Positions 1 through 9,364 of a DNA stretch of 64,000 bases are shown here, piece after piece; the stretch's first letter is position 1; each line of letters opens with the position of its first letter. Origin of the DNA: Spirochaetia bacterium UBA6919 (GTDB lineage: Bacteria > Spirochaetota > UBA6919); assembly GCA_002450905.1 (NCBI GenBank), contig DKAT01000083.1:2061-66060 (forward strand), in the 5' to 3' direction. Both the position numbers and the translations under genes were made by a program. The notes beneath the pieces are model-generated. The model was not told the origin of the DNA and did no database searches. It saw only the letters and a list, made by a program, of their open reading frames with translations.

Positions 1-59
1 CAAGTTATTTTTCTTCATCTGCACTACACCAAATTACTGAGTTCTTAAAAACTGGAGAG

Positions 60-1415
60 ATGCCCCCAGCTTATAAAAAATACTTAACAGTTTGTTTCAT
101 TGATATGGTGGGATTTTCAACTATGTCCGAGACATTAGAACCTGAGAAGGTCTTTCAAATTCTCAATTCTTTTTTTAGTCAAATCAATGAAACCATTGAA
201 AATTATGGAGGCGATATAGACAAATTCATGGGAGATGCTCTTCTCGTGACGTTTAAAAGTGCTGAAAGTGCATTACGCTGTGGAATTGAAATCATCATCA
301 AGGATTTGAACATTATTAATTTAAAATTAGATTTTATGGATATACCAGAAATTAGAGTCCATGTTGGGATCAATACTGGATGGGTTATTCAGGGAAATGT
401 GGGTTCAAGACAGCGTCGCGAAATTACTGTGATAGGAGATGGTGTCAATGTTGCTGCCCGTGTACAAAGCATCTCGCCCCCCAATGAACTGTGGACGACA
501 TCCTCAACGATTGCTGCCGTTGGTAAGATTAAAAATATCTTTGAACAAATTGGAAGAAAAAAACTCAAAGGTAGAACTCAAGAAGCGATGATCTATAAAC
601 ACACCAGGAAAGTCCCTGCCAGCCATTCTGTTTTTCTCATTGAACCGAATTCCACAACTTTAAAATCCATCATCAGTGAAATGAACACAAATGGAATCCA
701 ATCAATTACCTCCGCAGCAAGTTCTAAAGAATTGGAAGATCAGGTCATTTTAAATCGCACAAAAGTTATAGTTCTTGGTCCATCTATAACTATTGATGAT
801 TTGCCGAAGGTAATCGATGAAATCAAGAAAAAAGGCCGTCCCGAAATCCCTATCATCCCTATCATCCGTGAAAAAATTGAACAGAAAACCTTTGCTATGT
901 ATGAAAAACTAGGTCTTAATATTATCGTTCCATTTTATAAACCAGATGGAATTAATAAATTAAAAGATGTTATGATCACCGAAGAAGTTAAAGAAATTCC
1001 TGTACGTCAAACAGAACCAGAACCTGAAGAAATCAAACCTGAACCTGAGCCAGAACAAAAACCATTAAAACCAATTCCAAAGGGAGAACACGAAAGATTT
1101 AGTCTTTCCGTTAAGGACAATCAAATTGCTTTAACGATTAATGATTTTCTCCATAAAAAAGAGATTGATAATTTGTCCAGTGATATTGCAAAACTTTGGT
1201 TATATTCCACTCATAAAGCAAATATGTTTATTTTTAATTTACAATCAATGGATCCGGCGGATGTAAATATTAATTATTTAAATGAGTTAATGAATATATT
1301 AATTTTTAATCCAAATCCCAAAGAAGTTGATGTAAAAATAATACCTCCCGATAATTTCTCTAAAGAAATATTAGATGAAGTTAAAAATAATTTTGTATAT
1401 AATTTTCAAGATTAA
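60..1415 (+). CDS. Class III adenylate/guanylate cyclase catalytic domain fused to a C-terminal STAS-like (anti-sigma-antagonist-like) domain, joined by a PEPEPE linker
   Basis: N-terminal VCFIDMVGFS...FMGDALLVTF...HVGINTGWVIQGNVGS..GDGVNVAARVQS matches the metal-binding and transition-state motifs of class III cyclases. The linker is EPEPEEIKPEPEPEQKP. The C-terminal roughly 110 aa is STAS-like. A GGAGAG RBS lies upstream of the ATG. Confidence 0.6.
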   Translation: MPPAYKKYLTVCFIDMVGFSTMSETLEPEKVFQILNSFFSQINETIENYGGDIDKFMGDALLVTFKSAESALRCGIEIIIKDLNIINLKLDFMDIPEIRVHVGINTGWVIQGNVGSRQRREITVIGDGVNVAARVQSISPPNELWTTSSTIAAVGKIKNIFEQIGRKKLKGRTQEAMIYKHTRKVPASHSVFLIEPNSTTLKSIISEMNTNGIQSITSAASSKELEDQVILNRTKVIVLGPSITIDDLPKVIDEIKKKGRPEIPIIPIIREKIEQKTFAMYEKLGLNIIVPFYKPDGINKLKDVMITEEVKEIPVRQTEPEPEEIKPEPEPEQKPLKPIPKGEHERFSLSVKDNQIALTINDFLHKKEIDNLSSDIAKLWLYSTHKANMFIFNLQSMDPADVNINYLNELMNILIFNPNPKEVDVKIIPPDNFSKEILDEVKNNFVYNFQD

Positions 1416-1697
1416 TTGACAATTTATTTCAGAACTTTGCTTGCAGAATTTTATTTTATACTGACATGAAAAATAAATATGATTAATTATTGGAAATTAA
1501 TATACGAGACTCCTTCAAGAATTTTGGGAATACTTCACTATTACTTGCATATTTTAAAATTAAAAGCGTTTATATCAGTATCAAGAATTATGAAAGAGTA
1601 ATCCTATGAAAGTTACAATGTCATACAGTTAATTTATTTAATATCTGTATTAAATTAAGTCATGTGTATTTGAACTTCATCTCAGGAGGAATAATTA

Positions 1698-1937
1698 GTG
1701 GTTCTTAAGAAAAGGTTATTGTTAAATTTTCTACTTATAATAATTTTGAGTATGTTTTGTACTTACAATTGTAATAATAAAGACTTGCCAAAGAAAATAT
1801 CCAATGAGATTATAAGATCAAGTGATTTAGCTAATAAGAATTTAGAACCAATAAATTATGAACCTTACAATTCTTTAGAAAAAGCACTTAAGGATCCACT
1901 TAACTTCTTGTATCAAATTTGGGGTTCACTCCAATAA
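1698..1937 (+). CDS. Small hypothetical secreted protein or lipoprotein (GTG start)
   Basis: Hydrophobic N-terminus LLLNFLLIIILSMFCTYNC with a possible lipobox Cys. GGAGG precedes the GTG start. No recognisable domain. Confidence 0.3.
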   Translation: MVLKKRLLLNFLLIIILSMFCTYNCNNKDLPKKISNEIIRSSDLANKNLEPINYEPYNSLEKALKDPLNFLYQIWGSLQ

Positions 1938-2155
1938 TTAGATAGTTTGTTTAGAAAATCATTTAAAGAATTAATATTTTCATGATCCCACTGTGACTCT
2001 CCTCTAAATAACTGCTCATGTACTTTTTTTTATTTGGCGTTTTATTATTTTCTTTACTTTTTTTCTTACCCATAAAATCATTTTAAACTTATCTTGTCTA
2101 ATTATTTTCCTTGCTAAAGCCATCTTTTAAGTGATTATATAGCTTCTCATGTTTT

Positions 2156-2359
2156 TCAAGTCATGGATTCATACTTACCTAATGCCTTCATAAGTCTGTC
2201 AGTTTCTTCCTTCTCAAATTTCATAATCCTTTCATCTGATTCTTTTGAAATTTCTTTGAGGGTTTTGCTGATTGCTTCACTGATGTTATCACCTATTTGC
2301 TTGGCAAACTGGTTTAGTCTTTTTTCAAGATAGTCTTTTGTGATGTTTTCCTCTGGCAT
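2156..2359 (-). CDS. Small hypothetical helical protein, likely cargo of the integrase island
   Basis: 67-aa charged ORF immediately downstream of, and co-directional with, the integrase. No motif recognised. Confidence 0.3.
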   Translation of the reverse strand: MPEENITKDYLEKRLNQFAKQIGDNISEAISKTLKEISKESDERIMKFEKEETDRLMKALGKYESMT

Positions 2360-2372
2360 GGTGAAACTCCTA

Positions 2373-3425
2373 TTAAATCACTTCAATTTTAGGTAGCATA
2401 TTGATAGCTTCAATTTTTTTCTGGTCAATAATCTTAGCATATATTTGGGTGTGTTTAATGCTGGTATGTCCTAATAATTTGCTCACAGTGTACAGATCAA
2501 CACCAGAAGTTAAACTTAGTGTAGCAAAAGTATGTCTTGATGTATGGAAAGATATTTTCTTTTGGAGATTAGCATTTTGATACCAGTTTCTTATTACTTT
2601 CCAAATGTGGGGTTCAGAAGGTAAAATAAAGACATTTGCATTGGGTAAAGGAATAATCTTGGTTCTTTTCATTGTTAAAATCTCCATTGCTGTTTTGGAT
2701 AAGGGTAAATAGAGACTTTCTTTGGTCTTTTGCTGATCAATGATCAATTGGTTATTTTTGACATTATCCCATTTTAATGATTTTATATCTGATAATCTTA
2801 GTCCTGTAAAGCATCCAAATAAGAAGGCTTTTTTAACTTCCTCATTCATACAATGGGTTTTTATGAGGGATTCAATTTCATGGACTTCTAAATAGGTTCT
2901 TTGGCTATCTCTCCTGGGTATTTGATCAATATTTTGGGCTGGATTGATCATGATGATCTTATCTTTCACAGCCTGTCTAAAACTTGCCTTGATCTTTGAA
3001 AAATAGATGTGAGCTGTACTTTGAGAAACCTTTGTTAATAAATATTCTTTAAACGTTTCAAGCCATTCTTCTGATATTGCTGAAAACTGGGTATAACCCT
3101 TTGTGAAATTGTGTAGATGCTTCCTGGTGTTCCTCCAAGCCTTTTCTGTAATTGGCTTCTTAGAAACCAGTCAATCAAAATAATCTACATAATTAGACTT
3201 TTTTTTAAAGGTAGGGACGAAACCATGTTCATGATGCAATATTTCCAATTCTCTCTTGGCTCTAATACTTTCACCTAATATCATGGATTCTTTTTTCAAA
3301 GCAATATCTTTTGGATTATAATGTATGTTTAGAAATTCATAAGTCCTTTTTCCATTTTGGTAAATATCAAGGTATAAAGATACTTCTCCAGAAGATAACT
3401 TCTTATGTCTTAGTTTAACAGCCAT
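2373..3425 (-). pseudogene. Tyrosine recombinase/integrase (Arm-DNA-binding N-domain + SAM-like core-binding + catalytic domain) interrupted by one in-frame TGA
   Basis: ORFs 3171..3425 (N-terminal arm-binding-like, ends ..YVDYFD) and 2373..2969 (catalytic, HTSRHTFAT...LLGHTSIKHTQIYAKI, i.e. R..H-x-x-R...H..Y) are in the same frame. Hand-translating the 2970..3170 gap gives an open, integrase-like sequence (..WLETFKEYLLTKVSQSTAHIYFSKIKASFRQAV..). The only interruption is TGA at 3171..3173 on the minus strand. Confidence 0.7.
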
Positions 3426-3655
3426 CTTATCACTGTCCTTTTTTAAGGATAAATTTTAAATATTTCCTAATATTTTTTGATATTTTTCCATGAATATAAT
3501 ATACTAAAATTAATTATTTTGAGTAACAACTGGGTAACAAAAATCCTGTAAATATAAGAAAATGAAGTGAAATTAAAAGAAAGGTAATTTGTATTAATTT
3601 ATCATATTATTATCATTTAATATGTTTTTATTTTCCTTTGATTTGACAAGAATAA

Positions 3656-3683
3656 TTAGGGTTCAATTCCTTTCGCCGGCTCA
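3656..3683 (+). other. tRNA 3'-end-like segment (GGTTCAATTCC T-loop-like + acceptor-like CGCCGGC), possible att-site remnant next to the integrase
   Basis: ttaggGTTCAATTCCtttcgccggctca resembles the T-arm and 3' acceptor half of a tRNA. No upstream D or anticodon arm can be folded, so it is at best a fragment. Confidence 0.2.
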
Positions 3684-3742
3684 CTTTCTTCTTTTCACCT
3701 CACACAAATTTTATGGTGATTCTCATCGAAAATAAAAACAGA

Positions 3743-4843
3743 TTATCTTAAATAAACTTGACTATTTTCTACCTGGAAGAGATTTGAGTTTGAAAGTATT
3801 TTTTCAAGTCCTTGTGTTGATGTTGCAGTGAAGATATTCTGTCTTCCTTCAATGAGATTTAAGAATGACCCTTTCTTATAGTCATCGAGATCCAACAAAA
3901 TATCGTCCAGGAGTAAAATACTTTTACACTGAGATTCCTGGTCAATATATTGAGCCATAGATAACTTTAATATTATCGACCCTGCCCTTGTTTGACCCTG
4001 GGATGCAAACCTTTTAAAATCGATTGATCCATTACGGATATAAAAATCGTCTTTATGGGGACCGTATAAGCTTTGTTTATAAATTATTTCTTTATCAATA
4101 TTCTCTTCGATCTTTTTTCTGAACAAGTCCTGGATCGGTATATTATTATTCAGTGACCCTATGGAAGAGTGATATTGCAACGAGAAATCGGGAATGTTAA
4201 ATCTCATTTGGTTAAATAATTCTTTAGCTATATTATTCATTGGATTAAAAAACTTTTTTCTTAAAGATATAATGAGAGATCCTTTTTCAATGAGTGGATC
4301 ATTCCATGCTGTTAATATTTTTTTATCATATTTCTTTTCTGAGATTTGTCTTATTGAGGCATTACGATGTCTTAAAATCTTTTGATATTCCTGAAGGGTT
4401 TTGAAATATAGATTGTCAGCTAATGAGAGTGTGATATCAAGATATTTTCTACGGACTGATGGAGCCCCTGTAATCAAATAAATATCGGGGTGGGAGAGGA
4501 TCACAATTTTGACATTTCCTATGGCTGAGGATAATTTTTTACATTCCTGTTCATTATATGAGAGTTTTTTTTTGTCATTATGATATCCCATACTCACAGA
4601 GAAATTATGATTATTATTTTGAAAATCCCCTTTAATATAATAGGATTCTTCTCCATGTTTTATTAAATCATTGTCTCTTACTTGCCTATGAGATTTCATG
4701 AGTGCTAAAATATATATAGATTCAAGGATATTTGTCTTACCCTGTCCATTTTCACCCATTAGAAGGTTGTTTTGAGGATTGAAATTTACTTCGACCGAAT
4801 TATAATTACGAAAGTTTTTTAGAATAAGTTTATTTATTTGCAT
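3743..4843 (-). CDS. recF: DNA replication and repair protein RecF
   Basis: N-terminal LKNFRNY...GENGQGKTNILESI (Walker A of RecF/SMC-like ATPases), size 366 aa, and C-terminal LLLDDILLDLD signature/Walker B region. Confidence 0.85.
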   Translation of the reverse strand: MQINKLILKNFRNYNSVEVNFNPQNNLLMGENGQGKTNILESIYILALMKSHRQVRDNDLIKHGEESYYIKGDFQNNNHNFSVSMGYHNDKKKLSYNEQECKKLSSAIGNVKIVILSHPDIYLITGAPSVRRKYLDITLSLADNLYFKTLQEYQKILRHRNASIRQISEKKYDKKILTAWNDPLIEKGSLIISLRKKFFNPMNNIAKELFNQMRFNIPDFSLQYHSSIGSLNNNIPIQDLFRKKIEENIDKEIIYKQSLYGPHKDDFYIRNGSIDFKRFASQGQTRAGSIILKLSMAQYIDQESQCKSILLLDDILLDLDDYKKGSFLNLIEGRQNIFTATSTQGLEKILSNSNLFQVENSQVYLR

Positions 4844-4884
4844 TATTTATTATACATAAGTTTTAAAAATGGATTTCAATTCTT

Positions 4885-5868
4885 TTATGGGACAGCTACC
4901 CTCTGAAAGATATGATCTATAATATGATCTGATGTCATTTCTTCGGCTTCTGCTTCGTAACTTATAATAATTCTATGGCGTAAAACATCCTTGCCGATAG
5001 CCTTAATATCTTCTGGGAGCACATAAGCACGGCCTTTTAAAAATGCATGACCTTTCCCAGCCAATGCAAGATATATTGATGCTCTTGGGGAGGCTCCGTA
5101 GTTTAACCATTGCGAAGGGAGACCATATTCTTTCGGCGATCTGGTGGCTGATACAATATGGGTAATATAATCTAAAACCTTTTCATCGATATATATTTTT
5201 TTTATAATATTCTGAAAGTTTAAAACATCCTCTCTGTGGAGAATAGTCCGTGTTTCATTTATTTCTGAGCCCAGTACCAGTTGAATAATCTTTTTTTCTT
5301 CTTCTATAGGAGGATAACCAATTTTTACTTTTAACATAAATCTGTCAACCTGAGCTTCTGGAAGGGGATATGTCCCCTCCTGCTCGATGGGATTTTCTGT
5401 AGCCAGAACCCAGAATATATTATCCAGTGCATAGGTCTTCTTGCCCAGTGTGACTTGTTTTTCCTGCATACATTCCAATAGGGCGCTCTGGACTTTACTT
5501 GGAGCTCTATTGATTTCATCAGCCAGTATGATATTAGAAAATATGGGACCTTTTCTTATGGAAAACTTACTGGTCTTTTGATTATAAATCAGGGTGCCCA
5601 GAAGATCTGCAGGGAGAAGATCCGGAGTGAACTGGATACGTTTAAACTCCGTATTGATTGTTTTTGCAATGGTTTTTATAGCTAGTGTCTTTGCTAGTCC
5701 TGGGACTCCCTCTAATAAGATATGCCCTCCTGTGAATAATCCAATGAGGAGTTTTTCTATCATATCCCTTTGTCCAACAATTGATTGTCCTATTTCCTGA
5801 ATGAGGCGATTTATTTTGCCTGACTCATTATTAATTTCATTTTGGATAGTATCATATTTTTCTGTCAT
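4885..5868 (-). CDS. MoxR-family AAA+ ATPase
   Basis: ILLEGVPGLAKT Walker A, ILADEINRAP Walker B, 327 aa, typical MoxR length and motifs. Confidence 0.85.
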   Translation of the reverse strand: MTEKYDTIQNEINNESGKINRLIQEIGQSIVGQRDMIEKLLIGLFTGGHILLEGVPGLAKTLAIKTIAKTINTEFKRIQFTPDLLPADLLGTLIYNQKTSKFSIRKGPIFSNIILADEINRAPSKVQSALLECMQEKQVTLGKKTYALDNIFWVLATENPIEQEGTYPLPEAQVDRFMLKVKIGYPPIEEEKKIIQLVLGSEINETRTILHREDVLNFQNIIKKIYIDEKVLDYITHIVSATRSPKEYGLPSQWLNYGASPRASIYLALAGKGHAFLKGRAYVLPEDIKAIGKDVLRHRIIISYEAEAEEMTSDHIIDHIFQRVAVP

Positions 5869-5880
5869 GTTTAAATTTCC

Positions 5881-6705
5881 TTAAATTAATTCCTTAGATA
5901 ATATATTGGTATATAAAAACGTTTTTAATGTCTCGTCCAGAAGTTCCAATTCATCGGATGATATGACTTTTTTTGAAGATAAATGGATGATTCTTGTGAG
6001 AAGAGTCCGTGTATTATTTTTAATATTACTCATACTCAGAGAAATAATCTGATGTGTGGAGAAATGAGATTTTGTTTTCAGATTTATATATTGAGTTATT
6101 AATCTTATGATTTTTTCCTGTGTGAAATCATTATTTTTGATTAATTTATGAAGGGAGCGATAAGTTTTTATCTCTAAAAAGTATCTGTAACTTTTAGGAG
6201 GTGAAAATAAGAACCATATAATAATGAATAGAACAGCAATTATAGATATAATGCCCAGCAGATAGTATTTTAAGAGATCGTACCAGCTTCTAATGATTTT
6301 TATTTTTTGTTTTGGAACTGTGAAAAATGGATGTGAATTTTTAAATGCTATGAATAAATTAGGTGTTTTATAAATCCCCATTTTTTTAGCTTTAAAAAAA
6401 AATGTCATTTTAATATGAATTGGGTTTTGATTTAATTTATTCGTGTCGAGAATAATATTATTCGTTGAGTGGTGTAACTTGACATTGACCAATTCCATTT
6501 CATCGAGGGTTAAGACTTTTGGATAGAATAAGGATAGGTGGTCAGGTGAGGATTTATCAACATGAACCTGTAAATTAACATGGAGGGGGAATATTTCATT
6601 GATTTGAACTACGTCTTGATCAAATTGGATTTGATAAGATTTTACCGTGACGTTAGCAAATGATATGAGGGGTACAAATATTAGTATAATGATAATGAAA
6701 TACAT
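5881..6705 (-). CDS. Membrane protein (signal peptide, about 150-aa extracytoplasmic domain, one TM, cytoplasmic tail), co-transcribed upstream of MoxR; DUF4381/BatD-like architecture
   Basis: Hydrophobic N-terminus MYFIIIILIFVPLISFA, an internal TM LLGIISIIAVLFIIIWFLF, and a 13-bp gap to MoxR on the same strand. Confidence 0.4.
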   Translation of the reverse strand: MYFIIIILIFVPLISFANVTVKSYQIQFDQDVVQINEIFPLHVNLQVHVDKSSPDHLSLFYPKVLTLDEMELVNVKLHHSTNNIILDTNKLNQNPIHIKMTFFFKAKKMGIYKTPNLFIAFKNSHPFFTVPKQKIKIIRSWYDLLKYYLLGIISIIAVLFIIIWFLFSPPKSYRYFLEIKTYRSLHKLIKNNDFTQEKIIRLITQYINLKTKSHFSTHQIISLSMSNIKNNTRTLLTRIIHLSSKKVISSDELELLDETLKTFLYTNILSKELI

Positions 6706-7012
6706 AATAGGTTAATATAACAGAAAATCATTGGAAGTTCAAGGATTTCAGATCAGCAAAAAAGATTTTCAATGCCATGATTTTAGAATTTGAACTTTTT
6801 TCAGGAATATATTTATTATCGAAACCGAAGGCTATTTTCTGTCTTACTGAGCTTGATCAATGAATTATGAAATCATCTGAATAATCCCAGGTGATTCGAT
6901 TTTAAAAGTTTTACAATAAAATTATAGAAAATTATTTTTTTTTATTTGAAATCTTGTTATTATATATAAATATTTATTAATTTATAAATAGTTAGATCGT
7001 ATCATAGGAGGT

Positions 7013-7498
7013 TTGATGAGGTATTTGTTTATATTTAGTTTAATTTTGGTGTATACTTTAATTAACAGTCCATTAAGCTGGGGGAAGTCCACTGGTTATT
7101 ACACAAGATATTATTATAAAGGTCAATTTGATAAAGAAAAACAACAATGGTCGTTCAGTAATCCCAAAACCCTTTATACCTATATTAAAAATGGGAAATT
7201 TAAGGCAAAACCAGTTTTTCAAAACAATGAGAAGGTTTATATAGTGACCTATAGCAGGGATAAAAAAATATATCGTGTATTAAGACTGGTTTATTGGGTC
7301 TCAAGATCGGGTAGTTTTGAAAAACCTCTTGGTATTTTTGAAGTAAGTCATTATAATCAATTGGGTGAGATAATCAGTAAAGCAATTTATAACCACAAGA
7401 TTGGTAAAAAGTTTTTACAAAAAGTGATTCACTATAAAAATGGTGTAATGATAGGAATTGATGTTTATAAAAATGGGAAGCGACTTTTAAAAAAGTGA
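7013..7498 (+). CDS. Secreted MORN-variant (YwqK-like) repeat protein
   Basis: Signal peptide, then repeated YxKNGK..G motifs (YIKNGKFKAKPVF, HYKNGVMIGIDVYKNGKRL). A GGAGG RBS is present. Confidence 0.45.
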   Translation: MMRYLFIFSLILVYTLINSPLSWGKSTGYYTRYYYKGQFDKEKQQWSFSNPKTLYTYIKNGKFKAKPVFQNNEKVYIVTYSRDKKIYRVLRLVYWVSRSGSFEKPLGIFEVSHYNQLGEIISKAIYNHKIGKKFLQKVIHYKNGVMIGIDVYKNGKRLLKK

Positions 7499-7505
7499 TA
7501 TAAAT

Positions 7506-9302
7506 TTATTGTATTTTTTGTCTCAGAATGAGATAATCTTCGGAAGATTTAAGGAATTTTTTTTCTTTCCATTTTTTAAATGAAACGGGGGGATGATTCA
7601 TTAAAAAAGATATATTTACGCAAAATAACATAATTTCGTTTAGAACATGAATGACTGGTTTATCACATATCAATCCGCTATTTTTGATTAAATTAACACT
7701 ATAGGGGATGAGTTGGGGTTTTAAAATTAGTTCAGTCAGGGGGTCATTTTTATTTTGAGAAATGGCAATCAATTGTTCACCAGATAAATATTTGATTGAG
7801 AAGTTATTATATAGAATAATAAGGACTTTTTCTGATATAGAATAAAAAGATGATACAATTTTTTTTATAGCTAAAGCTAACTTTGCCTCTTTTTCAAGAT
7901 CCACATGACCAGTTGCATTAAAATGTTCATAGGAAGCGTGGGAAATTGTGAGATGAGGATTATTTTCCCGTATGCCTTCATATTCCTTTATTGATTCCTT
8001 AAAACTATTTATATCTTCATTAAAGATTTCTCTAAATATTTCAACAGATTCAATCTGGCCTTCTATAATCTGCAGGGATAGTTTACCATTTAAAAAAGTA
8101 TTATAATATTCTAAAAATCCTTTAGTTAAACGAATAATGGGGGATGCTAATTCAAATTGAAAAGACTCAATAAATTGTTTTTTAACGATACCTTCATCAT
8201 TTTTTAAAACTTCTAGTTGGAAATCATTAATATCTTTAATTTTGTTAATGAAATAATATTTAGCAAAGAGAAGAGAGATAGGATGATCATCAGGACTTTC
8301 AAAGCTCAACTCACTGCCAATAAATTTAAGATAAAATAATTCTTTCTCTGCTTCACGATAATTTTCTTCCATGGATTCAATCATATAAGTGACTTGTTGG
8401 TATATCTTAGGTGAGAAATTATATTTTTTAGAATCCACAGGTGTAGTTTGATATAATCTTTGAATTTGGTTTAATTTAATAAATTCACGGTATTTGAGCA
8501 TGTATATACCCAAAATGACATTTACAAAACACATCCCACGGGATTCTGTATTCGCGACGTCATCGATAAATTGGAAAATCTCATTGAGGTATTTTTTATA
8601 ATTTGGAACATTGATTAACAATGCTGAAAATGCCTGTTTTATATTATCTTTATATACGGGATTTGAGAGAAGAGTTAGATAACTTTCTATGTAAACTTCT
8701 ACATGTTTAAAAACAGCATTGATATCATTTTTTTGAAGTATTTCACCTTCCAGATGAAATTGTTTTTGGAATTTGGAAAATAAAACTATAAGGTTGTATG
8801 AATATTTATCAAGAGTTTCCCATCCATGCTCGATAAGATAACTCGTTGGTTTCATGATATAATTAATGTTACTATCCAACAATTTTTTATAATATCTGAT
8901 AGCATCTGAACTGATCCGAAGAGATATAAATGCATTTTCCATTATTTTTGTGCGTAGTCCAAAATTTTTGATTCTATTCCTGTGAGAAAAAAAGTAGTTA
9001 AAGAAGGACTGAACAGTAAATGGGCGTATTTCCTCTTTCTGTTGTTTTATCCTTAATTCCTCATCCTCTAAAGTTTCAATGACTTGGCGACCAACTAATT
9101 CCTCTTTGTCTAATTCTTCAATGAAATGAATTCTCTTTTGTAAATTCCGTTCGGAATTAATAAAATCTTCAATGAGTTTAATTTTATCCGCTGGACGTTT
9201 TTTTTCTAAAAGATCTATATATTTAAAATAATCTGTTAAATCATTTTTTATTTTGTTTGCAAAATCATTATGTTCAGATACTTTTTCACCCAAATTACTC
9301 AT
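7506..9302 (-). CDS. Large hypothetical cytoplasmic protein, paralog B of a tandem pair (no recognisable domain)
   Basis: 598 aa. Shares IKNDL..YF...LL.K.RPA, SRGMC(F/Y).N, KYNFSPKI and FG.RT.I blocks with the upstream 607-aa ORF. Confidence 0.5.
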   Translation of the reverse strand: MSNLGEKVSEHNDFANKIKNDLTDYFKYIDLLEKKRPADKIKLIEDFINSERNLQKRIHFIEELDKEELVGRQVIETLEDEELRIKQQKEEIRPFTVQSFFNYFFSHRNRIKNFGLRTKIMENAFISLRISSDAIRYYKKLLDSNINYIMKPTSYLIEHGWETLDKYSYNLIVLFSKFQKQFHLEGEILQKNDINAVFKHVEVYIESYLTLLSNPVYKDNIKQAFSALLINVPNYKKYLNEIFQFIDDVANTESRGMCFVNVILGIYMLKYREFIKLNQIQRLYQTTPVDSKKYNFSPKIYQQVTYMIESMEENYREAEKELFYLKFIGSELSFESPDDHPISLLFAKYYFINKIKDINDFQLEVLKNDEGIVKKQFIESFQFELASPIIRLTKGFLEYYNTFLNGKLSLQIIEGQIESVEIFREIFNEDINSFKESIKEYEGIRENNPHLTISHASYEHFNATGHVDLEKEAKLALAIKKIVSSFYSISEKVLIILYNNFSIKYLSGEQLIAISQNKNDPLTELILKPQLIPYSVNLIKNSGLICDKPVIHVLNEIMLFCVNISFLMNHPPVSFKKWKEKKFLKSSEDYLILRQKIQ

Positions 9303-9364
9303 TTTTTTTCCTAAAATTATTTAATTTTAAATTAATCATTAGAAATAATCCCATAGAATATTTT

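Noticed and set aside
3540-3700. Full-length tRNA gene at the integrase-proximal island end
   Set aside because: Only the T-loop-like and acceptor-like 3' segment is present. No complementary 5' acceptor strand or anticodon stem-loop could be found within 90 nt upstream on either strand.
4194-5800. ORFs 4194..4385 (+), 5331..5519 (-), 5594..5800 (+) inside recF and MoxR
   Set aside because: They are fully embedded in strongly supported genes on the opposite strand or in another frame, have low-complexity or odd composition, and lack an RBS. Likely spurious.
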